NCBI GenBank assembly: GCA_002315745.1
Contig: DCID01000024.1
Span: 51 to 64,050 of the forward strand
Source: Bacteroidales bacterium UBA1735
Lineage (GTDB): Bacteria; Bacteroidota; Bacteroidia; Bacteroidales; Paludibacteraceae
Direction of reading: 5' to 3'
DNA length: 64,000 nucleotides
A model generated the notes under the pieces. That model did not search any database and was not told the origin of the DNA. It saw nothing but the letters and a program-made list of their open reading frames with translations. Made by a program: the position numbers and the translations under genes. Below are positions 1 to 8,533 of this stretch, piece after piece. Positions within the stretch are counted from its first letter, which is position 1; the number at the start of each line of letters is the position of its first letter.

Positions 1-68
1 TCACCGCCCTCATCACCCTCATCTACAACTTAGTCAAGTCTATCAAGCGCAAGGATCCCAAAGCCTAA
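1..68 (+). CDS. 3' end of an unidentified CDS (partial; ...TALITLIYNLVKSIKRKDPKA)
   Basis: Open frame entering from the left edge, TAA at 66-68, followed by a hairpin/T-run terminator at 93-127. Confidence 0.3.
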   Translation, partial: TALITLIYNLVKSIKRKDPKA

Positions 69-92
69 GCGCCATCCCGACTAAGTAACGCA

Positions 93-127
93 ACGCCATC
101 TACCACCAAGTAGGTGGCGTTTTTTTG
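93..127 (+). terminator. Rho-independent terminator
   Basis: 11-bp stem ACGCCATCTAC / GTAGGTGGCGT (one G:U), 6-nt loop, then TTTTTTT. Confidence 0.7.
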
Positions 128-285
128 GTCTCCGAAAAAGTGCAAAAATTTTGATTTTACAGCAAAGCGACAGAGGATACTTTGTGGATAGAACGTAGGC
201 GCTGTAAGAAGGTGGGGTTCTCGCGTGTAGTCCGCACATTATACTCCATTTGCAACTGAAGCAATGGTTCTGCCTCTAGATCCAA

Positions 286-363
286 TACAACTTTTTTTTG
301 ATATTCACAAATTTGTGAATACTTTTTTTGAAAAAACACTTCCCCCCATCGTGCCGGAGAGCG
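286..363. repeat. Repeat family A, copy A1 (contains 18-bp perfect palindrome ATTCACAAATTTGTGAAT at 303-320)
   Basis: TACAACTTTTTTTTGATATTCACAAATTTGTGAATACTTTTTTTGAAAAAA...CACTTCCCCCC...TGCCGGAGAGCG is shared with 963-1122. Confidence 0.85.
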
Positions 364-379
364 CGGTGTAATACGCCAG

Positions 380-406
380 ATTTTAGCCCAATATTTGACC
401 TATATG
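380..406. repeat. Repeat family B, copy B1 (ATTTTAGCCCAATATTTGACCTATATG)
   Basis: 25/27 identity with 2294-2320, same orientation. Confidence 0.8.
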
Positions 407-408
407 CC

Positions 409-438
409 AAAAAAAAGGATTACATTGTTTGCAATCCT
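409..438 (-). terminator. Rho-independent terminator of the toxin-antitoxin operon
   Basis: On the minus strand: AGGATT-11 nt loop-AATCCT followed by T8, starting 9 nt after the toxin stop. Confidence 0.65.
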
Positions 439-446
439 TCTTGTAT

Positions 447-731
447 TTACTTTTTCTTGAAAAGTTCGTCATGTGTACCCGTGTTGGTTAATAGTAGTGT
501 TAATCGCTTTTTGTTTTGCTTCCAAACCATTAGCCAATCATCATCTAAGTGACACTCCCACAAACCAGCATATTTACCATGCAGCATATGAGGATCATAA
601 GAATCCGGAAGACTCCCTTTCTCGGTTAAAATCTCCAATGCTTCTCTAAAGACTTGTACATCTTTATTTAAATCTTTGAGGCAATGGCGCAAGCCATTTT
701 CAAAGTTGCTAGTAGTTCGATAGATATACAT
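447..731 (-). CDS. Type II toxin, YafQ/RelE family (mRNA interferase)
   Basis: C-terminal HMLHGKYAGLWECHLDDDWLMVWKQNKKRLTLLLTNTGTHDELF matches the YafQ pattern. An alternative ATG at 746 overlaps the antitoxin stop. Confidence 0.75.
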   Translation of the reverse strand: MYIYRTTSNFENGLRHCLKDLNKDVQVFREALEILTEKGSLPDSYDPHMLHGKYAGLWECHLDDDWLMVWKQNKKRLTLLLTNTGTHDELFKKK

Positions 732-732
732 A

Positions 733-924
733 TTACACAATAGCATTAAGCATAGTGTCTATCGAAGAAAACGTGTGAACTCTACCAGCCTCAATATCAT
801 CCATTGCTCGGTCAATAGCATTCTTTTTCTCAATCTTTAGCCCAAGAGCTCTAAATATGGATTGATACTTTTTTAATTCCGCAGTAGGAATATGTAATGT
901 TACTCTCTCATAACAAGTTGCCAT
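733..924 (-). CDS. Putative antitoxin (small protein directly upstream of the YafQ-like toxin)
   Basis: 63-aa ORF abutting the toxin gene and 25-30 nt downstream of a canonical promoter. Family not recognised by eye. Confidence 0.55.
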   Translation of the reverse strand: MATCYERVTLHIPTAELKKYQSIFRALGLKIEKKNAIDRAMDDIEAGRVHTFSSIDTMLNAIV

Positions 925-956
925 AGTGATTCCCTTTCTTTTTTCGTTTTCGGCTG

Positions 957-988
957 CAAAGGTACAACTTTTTTTTGATATTCACAAA
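957..988 (-). promoter_or_regulatory. Bacteroidota-type promoter of the TA operon
   Basis: Minus strand -7 TAccTTTG (957-964) and -33 TTTG (985-988), 20-nt spacer. The -33 lies in the centre of the 18-bp palindrome at 980-997. Confidence 0.65.
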
Positions 989-1122
989 TTTGTGAATACT
1001 TTTTTTGAAAAAAAGTGCATTTTTTGATATTTTTGGATAACACTTCCCCCCCTCGTCGTTGTAGTAGCACCGCAGGTGCGATTAGTAGGAGCTCCGCTCC
1101 GCCCCTCGCGTGCCGGAGAGCG
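963..1122. repeat. Repeat family A, copy A2 (with internal insertions at about 1015-1040 and 1056-1110)
   Basis: Same core as 286-363 including palindrome ATTCACAAATTTGTGAAT (980-997). The 55-bp GC-rich insert carries two 5-bp hairpins (GCACC/GGTGC, GGAGC/GCTCC). Confidence 0.85.
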
Positions 1123-1164
1123 TTGATTAGACAACAAAAAAGTGGAAGCGCACAGTTTCTTTCC

Positions 1165-1201
1165 AAGAACAGAGCGAGGTACTCCCCCACTCTGTTCTTT
1201 T
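1165..1201. terminator. Hairpin, possible terminator downstream of the SIR2-like gene
   Basis: 10-bp perfect stem AAGAACAGAG / CTCTGTTCTT with a 15-nt loop. The T-run follows only on the plus strand, so strand and function are uncertain. Confidence 0.35.
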
Positions 1202-1251
1202 ATAGACCTTACACGTCGCCATCGAATATGGACCAGTATGCTCCGTTTTAT

Positions 1252-2247
1252 CTAGTCTAGTTCATTAGGAATACAGAACTGCGATGTATTTGTTATATGT
1301 ATTATGTCTATAGGAGCACTACCTATTGGTTTTACTCCTAATCTACCTCGTATCAAATCATCCATCACTTCTGCCTCACCATTTTGATTATATATTTTGC
1401 TTAATTTAGGCATAGAACTGAAGATAAATTTATCCATCGATCGATTTACATATGGAAACGAATAGCCAATAACTACAAGTACTTCAGTATCTTGTACCCT
1501 TTGTTTTAGCAACTCATTAAAATTCTTCGGTCCCCTACCGACCTCCCATACATAAGACAACTCATTAGTAATATTACTAGCAGGAGGATCCAAATACATC
1601 GCAGGCAAATATGACTCCCACATACTTTTACCAATCCCTAATAAGATATCTAACAACTGGGCATCATCAATGTGGTGAAATGCAGTTCCATTAAGTTTAG
1701 TCACCGAAAAACCATCATGTTTCACGCCTGCTACAATCCTCGATTTATTAAGCACACTCATATACGACCATAATTCCTCTGTAGATTTATTAGGCCAGTA
1801 CGAACTATATGCTAATTCAAATTGGGCATCATAGTTCCATGTTAGAATATTCATATTGGCAGGGAACGCCCCATAATCATCCACAAGTGAAGCAATCCAT
1901 CCGTCATAGCGTAGATCTCGAGGATATTGAATCTGCAGCAGAGTCATAAACATGGATAAGACTCGTTTAAGACGCTCATATTCTTGCCATTGTTGTGTAG
2001 CAAACAGAATGCGCGCATAAGTGTCTATGGTAGGATATTCTTTGCATTTATTCAACAGCCAATTCATTTCCGAGTGTAAACGGGTTCTTATAGTATGGTC
2101 TTGCGTTTGTCCTTCAATCCAATTCATGCAACGTATACATTCCTTTCCAAAATCTTTGATTGTAGGAAGTCCACGTAAGCGATTTTGGCTATTGTCCAAT
2201 TGACCTGCGCTTGCTCCAGCACCTAATAAATATGTTACTTTGCTCAT
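1252..2247 (-). CDS. SIR2_2-like / AbiH-fold protein (divergent)
   Basis: Ordered motifs YLLGAGASAG..LPT, TWNYDAQFE, KLNGT, VVIGYSFPYVNRSMD. ATG at 2247 preferred over GTG at 2289. AT-rich. Confidence 0.5.
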   Translation of the reverse strand: MSKVTYLLGAGASAGQLDNSQNRLRGLPTIKDFGKECIRCMNWIEGQTQDHTIRTRLHSEMNWLLNKCKEYPTIDTYARILFATQQWQEYERLKRVLSMFMTLLQIQYPRDLRYDGWIASLVDDYGAFPANMNILTWNYDAQFELAYSSYWPNKSTEELWSYMSVLNKSRIVAGVKHDGFSVTKLNGTAFHHIDDAQLLDILLGIGKSMWESYLPAMYLDPPASNITNELSYVWEVGRGPKNFNELLKQRVQDTEVLVVIGYSFPYVNRSMDKFIFSSMPKLSKIYNQNGEAEVMDDLIRGRLGVKPIGSAPIDIIHITNTSQFCIPNELD

Positions 2248-2293
2248 ATTTTGATTCTCAATTATAATGTCCAATTTAAAGGCCTTCACAAAA

Positions 2294-2320
2294 ATTTTAG
2301 CCTAATCTTTGACCTATATG
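2294..2320. repeat. Repeat family B, copy B2 (ATTTTAGCCTAATCTTTGACCTATATG)
   Basis: 25/27 identity with 380-406. Lies 7 nt after the AbiH-like stop. Confidence 0.8.
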
Positions 2321-2327
2321 TTTTTTT

Positions 2328-3254
2328 CTACTCCTCTCTCACAGCATCTCCAAACCAGAATACTTTAGCATTACGTATCCCAAGTGTATTAATTACCTTC
2401 TCTGCCGCAGCCTTATCTATTTCAGTATAGTAACTCAGATGCCATAATGTATCCTCTGCAACCATCTCCCTTATCTTATCCAAATAGGGCAGATCTACTT
2501 CGCCATATGACAAACCATATACCACTACCCTATCTACAACTTTTATCCGATTCCAAAACTCCCAAAATCTGCGTATGATAATAGACGTATCTTTCCGTTC
2601 CTCATTGGCAACTCTAACTAACTGTTCATATGCCTCGTCTTGAAAGAACATATTTTCCTCATAGCGATAGTCGTCCGCATTCAATAAATGACTATGTCCC
2701 AGGATTATTACATCATCGCTATTGCGTCTTCCATGAATATATGCAATTTTTTGACGAGGTATATGATAAAGTAGCTCCAACGTTTCAGAATAATTGAAAC
2801 ATAAGTACAAATCGTTTACTCCGAGATGACTCAAAGCCTTATCGTATGCACATGGATCAATCTCTATATTCTTTACCCATTTTTCGAATGACTCATGCAG
2901 AACTGTCAAGGCCTCGCTTAGCATTTGTGCTGGTCTGTCCGCCAATGCTGCGGTCGATTGCATGGGATGATCCTCGTCTATTTCTTCATCTTCGTTGCTT
3001 TCATTATAGGAATCTATAGGACTTGCATAACCCAATGCATACTCCAAATCAGACCAAAGATAAGGTTCTCCTTCTTCATCTTCTAGAGTGTAAGTACTCT
3101 CTAAGAGTGTCTGGTAATATCCAAGTTGACAGCATTTTGAACTCCAGAAATCCGAAAAAGAGGTCTTAAAACCATGATGCAAATCGAATCCATTCCCGAT
3201 GACAAATAGCGTTTTGCATGAATTGCCCCATAGATCTTGTTCTATTACTGTCAT
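2328..3254 (-). CDS. AbiH-family abortive-infection-like protein
   Basis: N-terminal FVIGNGFDLHHGFKTSFSDFW, then CFNYSETLE, AYIHG, VVYGLSYGEVDLPYL, which is the AbiH motif order. ATG overlaps the TGA of the GT4 gene (ATGA at 3251-3254). Confidence 0.75.
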   Translation of the reverse strand: MTVIEQDLWGNSCKTLFVIGNGFDLHHGFKTSFSDFWSSKCCQLGYYQTLLESTYTLEDEEGEPYLWSDLEYALGYASPIDSYNESNEDEEIDEDHPMQSTAALADRPAQMLSEALTVLHESFEKWVKNIEIDPCAYDKALSHLGVNDLYLCFNYSETLELLYHIPRQKIAYIHGRRNSDDVIILGHSHLLNADDYRYEENMFFQDEAYEQLVRVANEERKDTSIIIRRFWEFWNRIKVVDRVVVYGLSYGEVDLPYLDKIREMVAEDTLWHLSYYTEIDKAAAEKVINTLGIRNAKVFWFGDAVREE

Positions 3255-4531
3255 ATCATACTACATTCTTTGGACACAACCTCCCTATACAACTCCACAT
3301 ACTGCTTAGCCACAACATCGACGGCATGCTTACGTACCACCGACTCACGGGCAGCGGTGCCCCACTCTGTTGAGTGGGCGATGCACTCCTGGATACCGGC
3401 AGCTAAGTCAGTGGCATCCTTCTCCTTCGCTAGATAACCATTCACCCGGTGCTCCACCATATCGCTATTGCCACCTATATTGAAACAGCAGACAGGAGTA
3501 CCACAACTGAGGGACTCCATGATGGCATAACTAAGGTTTTCACTTAACGAAGGCACCACCATCACATCGGCGGCACGATAGGCGGCGATCAATTGTTCCC
3601 CACCTATATAGGTAAAGACATGCGTTGGAAGTTGTTTTAACTCGGGCATTGGCGCATTAGCTCCAATCACTATCAGTTCTGTATCTTGTGGCCACGAATG
3701 TTGCTCAATCGCTTGCAGCAAGTACGCAAAACCTTTATTGGGATCCGTAAGCGCATTGACAGCACCATAGAGGATATAGTGCTTCGTAGGATCTAAGTTC
3801 AGTACACGACACGCCTCTGCCCGATCTCCATCACAGAATACATCAGTGTCAATCGGATTGGGTATGACGCGTATATCTACGTCCTTAAACAACGCACTCC
3901 GCCGAGCACACTCCGCTAACCAATGACTAGGGGTAACGATGTGTAGATTAAGATCCTTATAGGCTTGCGCTTTGCCTTTCCAGACCTGATGGCTCAAGTC
4001 CTCGGAGTCCTTCGAACCAAGTAAAGGGCAGCACCCGCACTGTTGTTCATATCCACGGCAATCATATGGTACATGGCACACACCGGCGAAGGGCCAACTA
4101 TCGTGCAATGTCCATACGATAGGCTTATTAGTAGGCAGTTCGCGTAGATTGATGAAGCGCTTATTGATCCAATGTAGGTGAAGCACATCATACTCCGGTT
4201 TATGCAGTGAACCACCAATGTATGTGCTGCGCAGATCGGACATAAAAAGTTTAGAACGATTCGGATATCTATTCCAACGAGCATGCTGGATCTTATTTTT
4301 TATCTTGGCTACCATCCAATCGCCTATATGGTAGAATACATTGTGCGGTAAGAATGCGTCTATAGGCACCACATCCGCGGATGCGGTTCGTTTATCCTTG
4401 ACCAACATCCGGCTACGGATGGCAGCATTGTTCAAGCCATTCACGCCCACCTGAATGCGAGAAGCAGCATTGGCTGCACCACCGCCATTATCAGTGAACG
4501 AAACACTCAATATGCTTATTCCTTGCTCCAT
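3251..4531 (-). CDS. Glycosyltransferase family 4 (GT-B)
   Basis: E-x7-E region ESLSCGTPVCCFNIGGNSDMVEH. Last transferase of the polysaccharide operon. Confidence 0.8.
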   Translation of the reverse strand: MEQGISILSVSFTDNGGGAANAASRIQVGVNGLNNAAIRSRMLVKDKRTASADVVPIDAFLPHNVFYHIGDWMVAKIKNKIQHARWNRYPNRSKLFMSDLRSTYIGGSLHKPEYDVLHLHWINKRFINLRELPTNKPIVWTLHDSWPFAGVCHVPYDCRGYEQQCGCCPLLGSKDSEDLSHQVWKGKAQAYKDLNLHIVTPSHWLAECARRSALFKDVDIRVIPNPIDTDVFCDGDRAEACRVLNLDPTKHYILYGAVNALTDPNKGFAYLLQAIEQHSWPQDTELIVIGANAPMPELKQLPTHVFTYIGGEQLIAAYRAADVMVVPSLSENLSYAIMESLSCGTPVCCFNIGGNSDMVEHRVNGYLAKEKDATDLAAGIQECIAHSTEWGTAARESVVRKHAVDVVAKQYVELYREVVSKECSMI

Positions 4532-5577
4532 GTCTTGATTTGTTTCTTTATATTTTGTACCTTTTCGACACCAGATTCTCCGACCATATTTCTGACCATC
4601 CTTTTAAAATCGCTCCATAATGCTCTAAAATTGGATAGGCGTCTTACGAGCCTTTGAAATATGTACATATTTTTCTCGCATATATTCCTAAATACAATAG
4701 TACTATACAAAGGTATCTCATTAGCCAAGAAGCGCGATTTATACGGATTACTTCCCCATAGTAAATGTATTTCTTTTATGCCATTCTTAATTCCATCACA
4801 TATAGTCAAATACATACAAATATGCCCCACATCGTACTTATTGTATTCCGGATCACTGGCAATTGCCTCCACAAACATGGTATGTTTAATATGATAAGTG
4901 ATCAAACCAGCAACCAACTTACCATCTACCTCCAAACTATATACCACCCCCATATTATGCAATATAGGCAATATATTATTCACCCACTCATCGTCCAAAC
5001 CTGATACAATATTCTTACCAGCCATCCTTAATTGATTGAAAGTGACAATATTGCGAATTACCCCCCCCTGAATTTTTGTGCCATTATTCGCAATAAACTT
5101 ATACGACACACCCGATTCATATTGAGGAAATGTACGATTTAATCGCGATATATAGTTCTTTGTATGCCGTCTCATATGAGGTGATAGAGATGCTTCATAT
5201 TCCTCGATAGTTTGCGGCAACAATAGTACATGGTCATTGGACTCCATAGTCATTATAAATGGATGTTCCTCTGCTGAATTTTGTTCTAATAACTTAGACC
5301 ATTGTATTCTTCTAACCTTAGGATGGTGGACAAAAATATAGTTAGATATAGCCGATATATTTGCATCATCTATAGACCATAAGGCATTGTTTATCACTGC
5401 ACATGACCTATTTAATGTATAAGGAACTAAATCCTCTAAATTATCTCCATCAAACACAGCCACATATTGCTCATTAAGATGGAAATCCAATGCACAAAAC
5501 GGAGAGTTATATCGATTCTCTAGCCATTCGGAATAGTTAGGAAGATTATAGGATTCTATGTGCTCTATATGCTTCAT
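4516..5577 (-). CDS. FemAB/CelD-like GNAT-fold acyltransferase (putative)
   Basis: 353-aa ORF in the operon. C-terminal half resembles acetyltransf_6/FemAB-type domains. Weak by-eye call. Confidence 0.4.
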   Translation of the reverse strand: MKHIEHIESYNLPNYSEWLENRYNSPFCALDFHLNEQYVAVFDGDNLEDLVPYTLNRSCAVINNALWSIDDANISAISNYIFVHHPKVRRIQWSKLLEQNSAEEHPFIMTMESNDHVLLLPQTIEEYEASLSPHMRRHTKNYISRLNRTFPQYESGVSYKFIANNGTKIQGGVIRNIVTFNQLRMAGKNIVSGLDDEWVNNILPILHNMGVVYSLEVDGKLVAGLITYHIKHTMFVEAIASDPEYNKYDVGHICMYLTICDGIKNGIKEIHLLWGSNPYKSRFLANEIPLYSTIVFRNICEKNMYIFQRLVRRLSNFRALWSDFKRMVRNMVGESGVEKVQNIKKQIKTWSKE

Positions 5578-6584
5578 GATATACTCAAGGTATTGTACAT
5601 TAGTATATTCTTAGATTTAGAAGAATCACTTGTTGTATAGAAGAAATGCATGACATTGTCTATCACAAATGCCGTCGGTTTATAATAATACTGCCGATAG
5701 TGGCACACATTCTCCATCACATGATTGAGTACAAGAGGCACAAAATCGAATTCAAAATGTTTCCAATCTTTTGACACCCCTAACATTAAATGATCCTTTT
5801 TCTCCTCACACGCCACCATATATAGTTTGCCTCTATGCTCGAATAAATCAAAGTGCCACAAATCAAATCGATGCAATTTGGGTACAAACCACAGTTTACC
5901 ACCAATCCGTATCTGCTTCCACTTATTTATCGTGACGGGGGCTTTCACTTCGACCCTCTCTAATCTAAAATCTGGTTCCGTCAACGAAGTTCCATGCCAT
6001 ATCGCGATACCTTTATTCATACGTTGAGGTTCGTATTGGTACCATGCAGCGTAAAACAAGTACTCCCCATTATGTTTCATTAAAATAGGACATTGTGTAT
6101 AGTCGTACTCTAATGTATCATTCTGCAAATAATCAAGCGGCTCCGAGAAATGTTCGCCGTCATCCGTAGAAATGCCCCGCACAATCATTATCTGTCCTTT
6201 ACTCACACAATAGGCACTCTCCACCTCCCGCCAAAAGACATAGAGGCGATGACCATCCCTAAAGATATACGGATCTGAGTTATATCCACCATTAGTAGGT
6301 GTATCACGAAGCACCACTCCACTCTGCCCTAAATCTTTCAAATCATTCGCTCGGTAGAGTATAGGGTTCTCTAACTTATTACTCCATGCTGGCAGTGGAC
6401 TCTGTACCATCCAGTACTTATAACCGAATAAACCATCCGCATAATAGCGAATACAGGGATGCAAACAATCATCCTTGTATTTGTCTTCCGGTGTATGCAC
6501 CTCTATCTGCTGAGGATGGCAAGACATCTGCTGCCGCGGATACCACCAGAGACGACTAAATAACTGTTTTATTACGCCAAGCAT
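5574..6584 (-). CDS. Hypothetical polysaccharide-locus protein (possibly beta-propeller fold)
   Basis: 336-aa ORF overlapping both neighbours. W/Y-rich repeated strands. No motif firmly recognised. Alternative start at 6527. Confidence 0.4.
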   Translation of the reverse strand: MLGVIKQLFSRLWWYPRQQMSCHPQQIEVHTPEDKYKDDCLHPCIRYYADGLFGYKYWMVQSPLPAWSNKLENPILYRANDLKDLGQSGVVLRDTPTNGGYNSDPYIFRDGHRLYVFWREVESAYCVSKGQIMIVRGISTDDGEHFSEPLDYLQNDTLEYDYTQCPILMKHNGEYLFYAAWYQYEPQRMNKGIAIWHGTSLTEPDFRLERVEVKAPVTINKWKQIRIGGKLWFVPKLHRFDLWHFDLFEHRGKLYMVACEEKKDHLMLGVSKDWKHFEFDFVPLVLNHVMENVCHYRQYYYKPTAFVIDNVMHFFYTTSDSSKSKNILMYNTLSIS

Positions 6585-7515
6585 AGAGGTGATAAATAAT
6601 GAATAGTAAATCTTTAACTAAACCTTGCGATTTCTTTTTGGCCCAACAATGCATATCTCGCATCTTATTAACCTCCATAGTGACAGGATGCTGTAGAGGC
6701 AAAATGGGACATGTAGGGCGATTGCCATCTCCGTTATTGGACGTCGTATGGGTTCCTTCCGCATCGAAACCAATATTACTAATGAGATTAACCGCCGGAT
6801 GGATAGTTATCGCACTTTGACGGAAAAGATGTATCTGCATCTGATAATCCCAGTAACTCTTCTTACTACTATCATTCTGTATTGCTCGAACAATGTACCA
6901 CCAGTACTCTGCCTCGGCTAAATCTTGTGTCAGGCGATATACTTGTTTAACAAATGTCCACAAATTCAATGACCTTAAGTCTAAGTCGAAACCTTGCCAC
7001 ACCTCACGATACGATGCCCACGCGCCAGTGCACATGTAGCGGCTAAAACCGTAGGATGATTTGTGATTTGTAATTCGTGATTGTTGATTTAAAGCTTGAG
7101 ACCAACGGTCATCGTAGAGGGTGGAATTGATGAATTTAACAGGGGTATCCTTATAGCGATTGAGTAGTTCCTCACAATATGGGAAGAAGTCAGGATGAGC
7201 GAGACAGTCATCTTCCATGACGATTCCTTGTTCTACGTTATCGAAGAACCAGGATATGCCCGTCATCGGACCTGCGCCACAACCGAGGTTTATATCACTG
7301 AAGTAAGTGTGCAGTTTAGTGTTAGGGAAAGTGAGAGTGAGAGACGAGATGACATCCCGCACCTGCTGACATTTGAGTGCATCGTTGGCGTTCCCATCGC
7401 GTGCCCCATCCTGGAAGACATATAGATCCTTCGGAGTCGCTTCTAAGATCCGTTGCAGCACCTGACGCGTATGGTCGGGGCGGTTAAAGGTTATGAGTAA
7501 TATTGGAATATTCAT
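6556..7515 (-). CDS. GT-A fold glycosyltransferase (GNT-I/HlpA-like)
   Basis: N-terminal IPILLITFNRPDHTRQVLQRI...VFQDGARDG and an EDD acidic motif. Confidence 0.55.
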   Translation of the reverse strand: MNIPILLITFNRPDHTRQVLQRILEATPKDLYVFQDGARDGNANDALKCQQVRDVISSLTLTFPNTKLHTYFSDINLGCGAGPMTGISWFFDNVEQGIVMEDDCLAHPDFFPYCEELLNRYKDTPVKFINSTLYDDRWSQALNQQSRITNHKSSYGFSRYMCTGAWASYREVWQGFDLDLRSLNLWTFVKQVYRLTQDLAEAEYWWYIVRAIQNDSSKKSYWDYQMQIHLFRQSAITIHPAVNLISNIGFDAEGTHTTSNNGDGNRPTCPILPLQHPVTMEVNKMRDMHCWAKKKSQGLVKDLLFIIYHLYAWRNKTVI

Positions 7516-7519
7516 GTTA

Positions 7520-8500
7520 TCAAACTATATAGCGATTAACATAAGGGATCTTCTTAATTAGCCAAGTAAAAAATGCACCAATAATAAAAGCCATAATACA
7601 TATTATAGGAATATAAAAGATTGGTTGCGGAACAAAACGCTGAACACGTGTATAAATTTGAATTAAAATTTCCATGTGTATTAAATAAATGCCAAGTGTT
7701 AGAGCAGATACATACGAGACAATGTTCCGCAAATTTTGAGACATTCTTGAGGCCAAAATATTACAAGTATAAAAGGCAGCGACTGCGGTAAACATAGTTG
7801 TTGGAGCCAAATAACTATGTAAAAAAAATTGAGTCTCATCATTCGCTCTCGTACATATAAATGATCCTATAAATGTTACCGCCACGCCTAATAGGCCTAA
7901 TATAATCGCTGGTATAATTATTCGCTTATTATGAACATTCCTTCTACACCAATCTCCTAAAACAAAATATCCAATATACCCAGAAAAAAAGAAATGTTCA
8001 CACTGATCAAATGGAAAACAATCTGTATATGTGCAAGCGCTATCAATTATTATCCAGATTGCCCAAATTAATAAATAATAATCACGCATTTGATTAGACA
8101 ACATGCGTAATATAGGGATAGCCATGTACAAGGCAATAATCATAGGAAGAAACCAAAGATGTCCCGCAGTTAGTCCGAAAGGCAAAATTGAGCCATGCGC
8201 AAACCAATGATAAAAAAGAGTCCATACTACTAGTACACACGCTAATCTCAATATATTATTACAATATAAACGTCGTGTGGTTATTTGTTTTTTTTCATCT
8301 AAAAACAAAGCACCACTTATCATAAAAAACAAGGGAACCGACCATCTCACAGAACTTGCAAAGAACATACATATACACCATTCTATCGTTAAAATAGGAT
8401 AATCTCTACCTGGGCATAAACCTGTTCCAGCCACATGTACCATAATCACTGCTAAACAAGCAAAAACTCTCATCAAATCATATGACACATTCTTCTCCAT
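7520..8500 (-). CDS. Acyltransferase family 3 (O-acetyltransferase), integral membrane
   Basis: About 10 hydrophobic segments. N-terminal DLMRVFACLAVIMVHV is typical of acyltransferase_3. Confidence 0.7.
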   Translation of the reverse strand: MEKNVSYDLMRVFACLAVIMVHVAGTGLCPGRDYPILTIEWCICMFFASSVRWSVPLFFMISGALFLDEKKQITTRRLYCNNILRLACVLVVWTLFYHWFAHGSILPFGLTAGHLWFLPMIIALYMAIPILRMLSNQMRDYYLLIWAIWIIIDSACTYTDCFPFDQCEHFFFSGYIGYFVLGDWCRRNVHNKRIIIPAIILGLLGVAVTFIGSFICTRANDETQFFLHSYLAPTTMFTAVAAFYTCNILASRMSQNLRNIVSYVSALTLGIYLIHMEILIQIYTRVQRFVPQPIFYIPIICIMAFIIGAFFTWLIKKIPYVNRYIV

Positions 8501-8533
8501 ACCTCATTAATTTCAAAAATTAAAATTAAACAT

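Noticed and set aside
157-339. 60-aa minus-strand ORF
   Set aside because: Its N-terminal third is repeat A1 sequence. The remainder (about 30 codons from 249) has no recognisable family and no intact promoter. It is at most a gene remnant.
900-1260. ORFs 900-1190 (-) and 1015-1260 (+)
   Set aside because: They run across repeat A2, the TA promoter and the GC-rich insertion. Part of the translation (FFQKKYSQICEYQKKVV) is duplicated in ORF 157-339 only because the repeat is duplicated. No coding signal.
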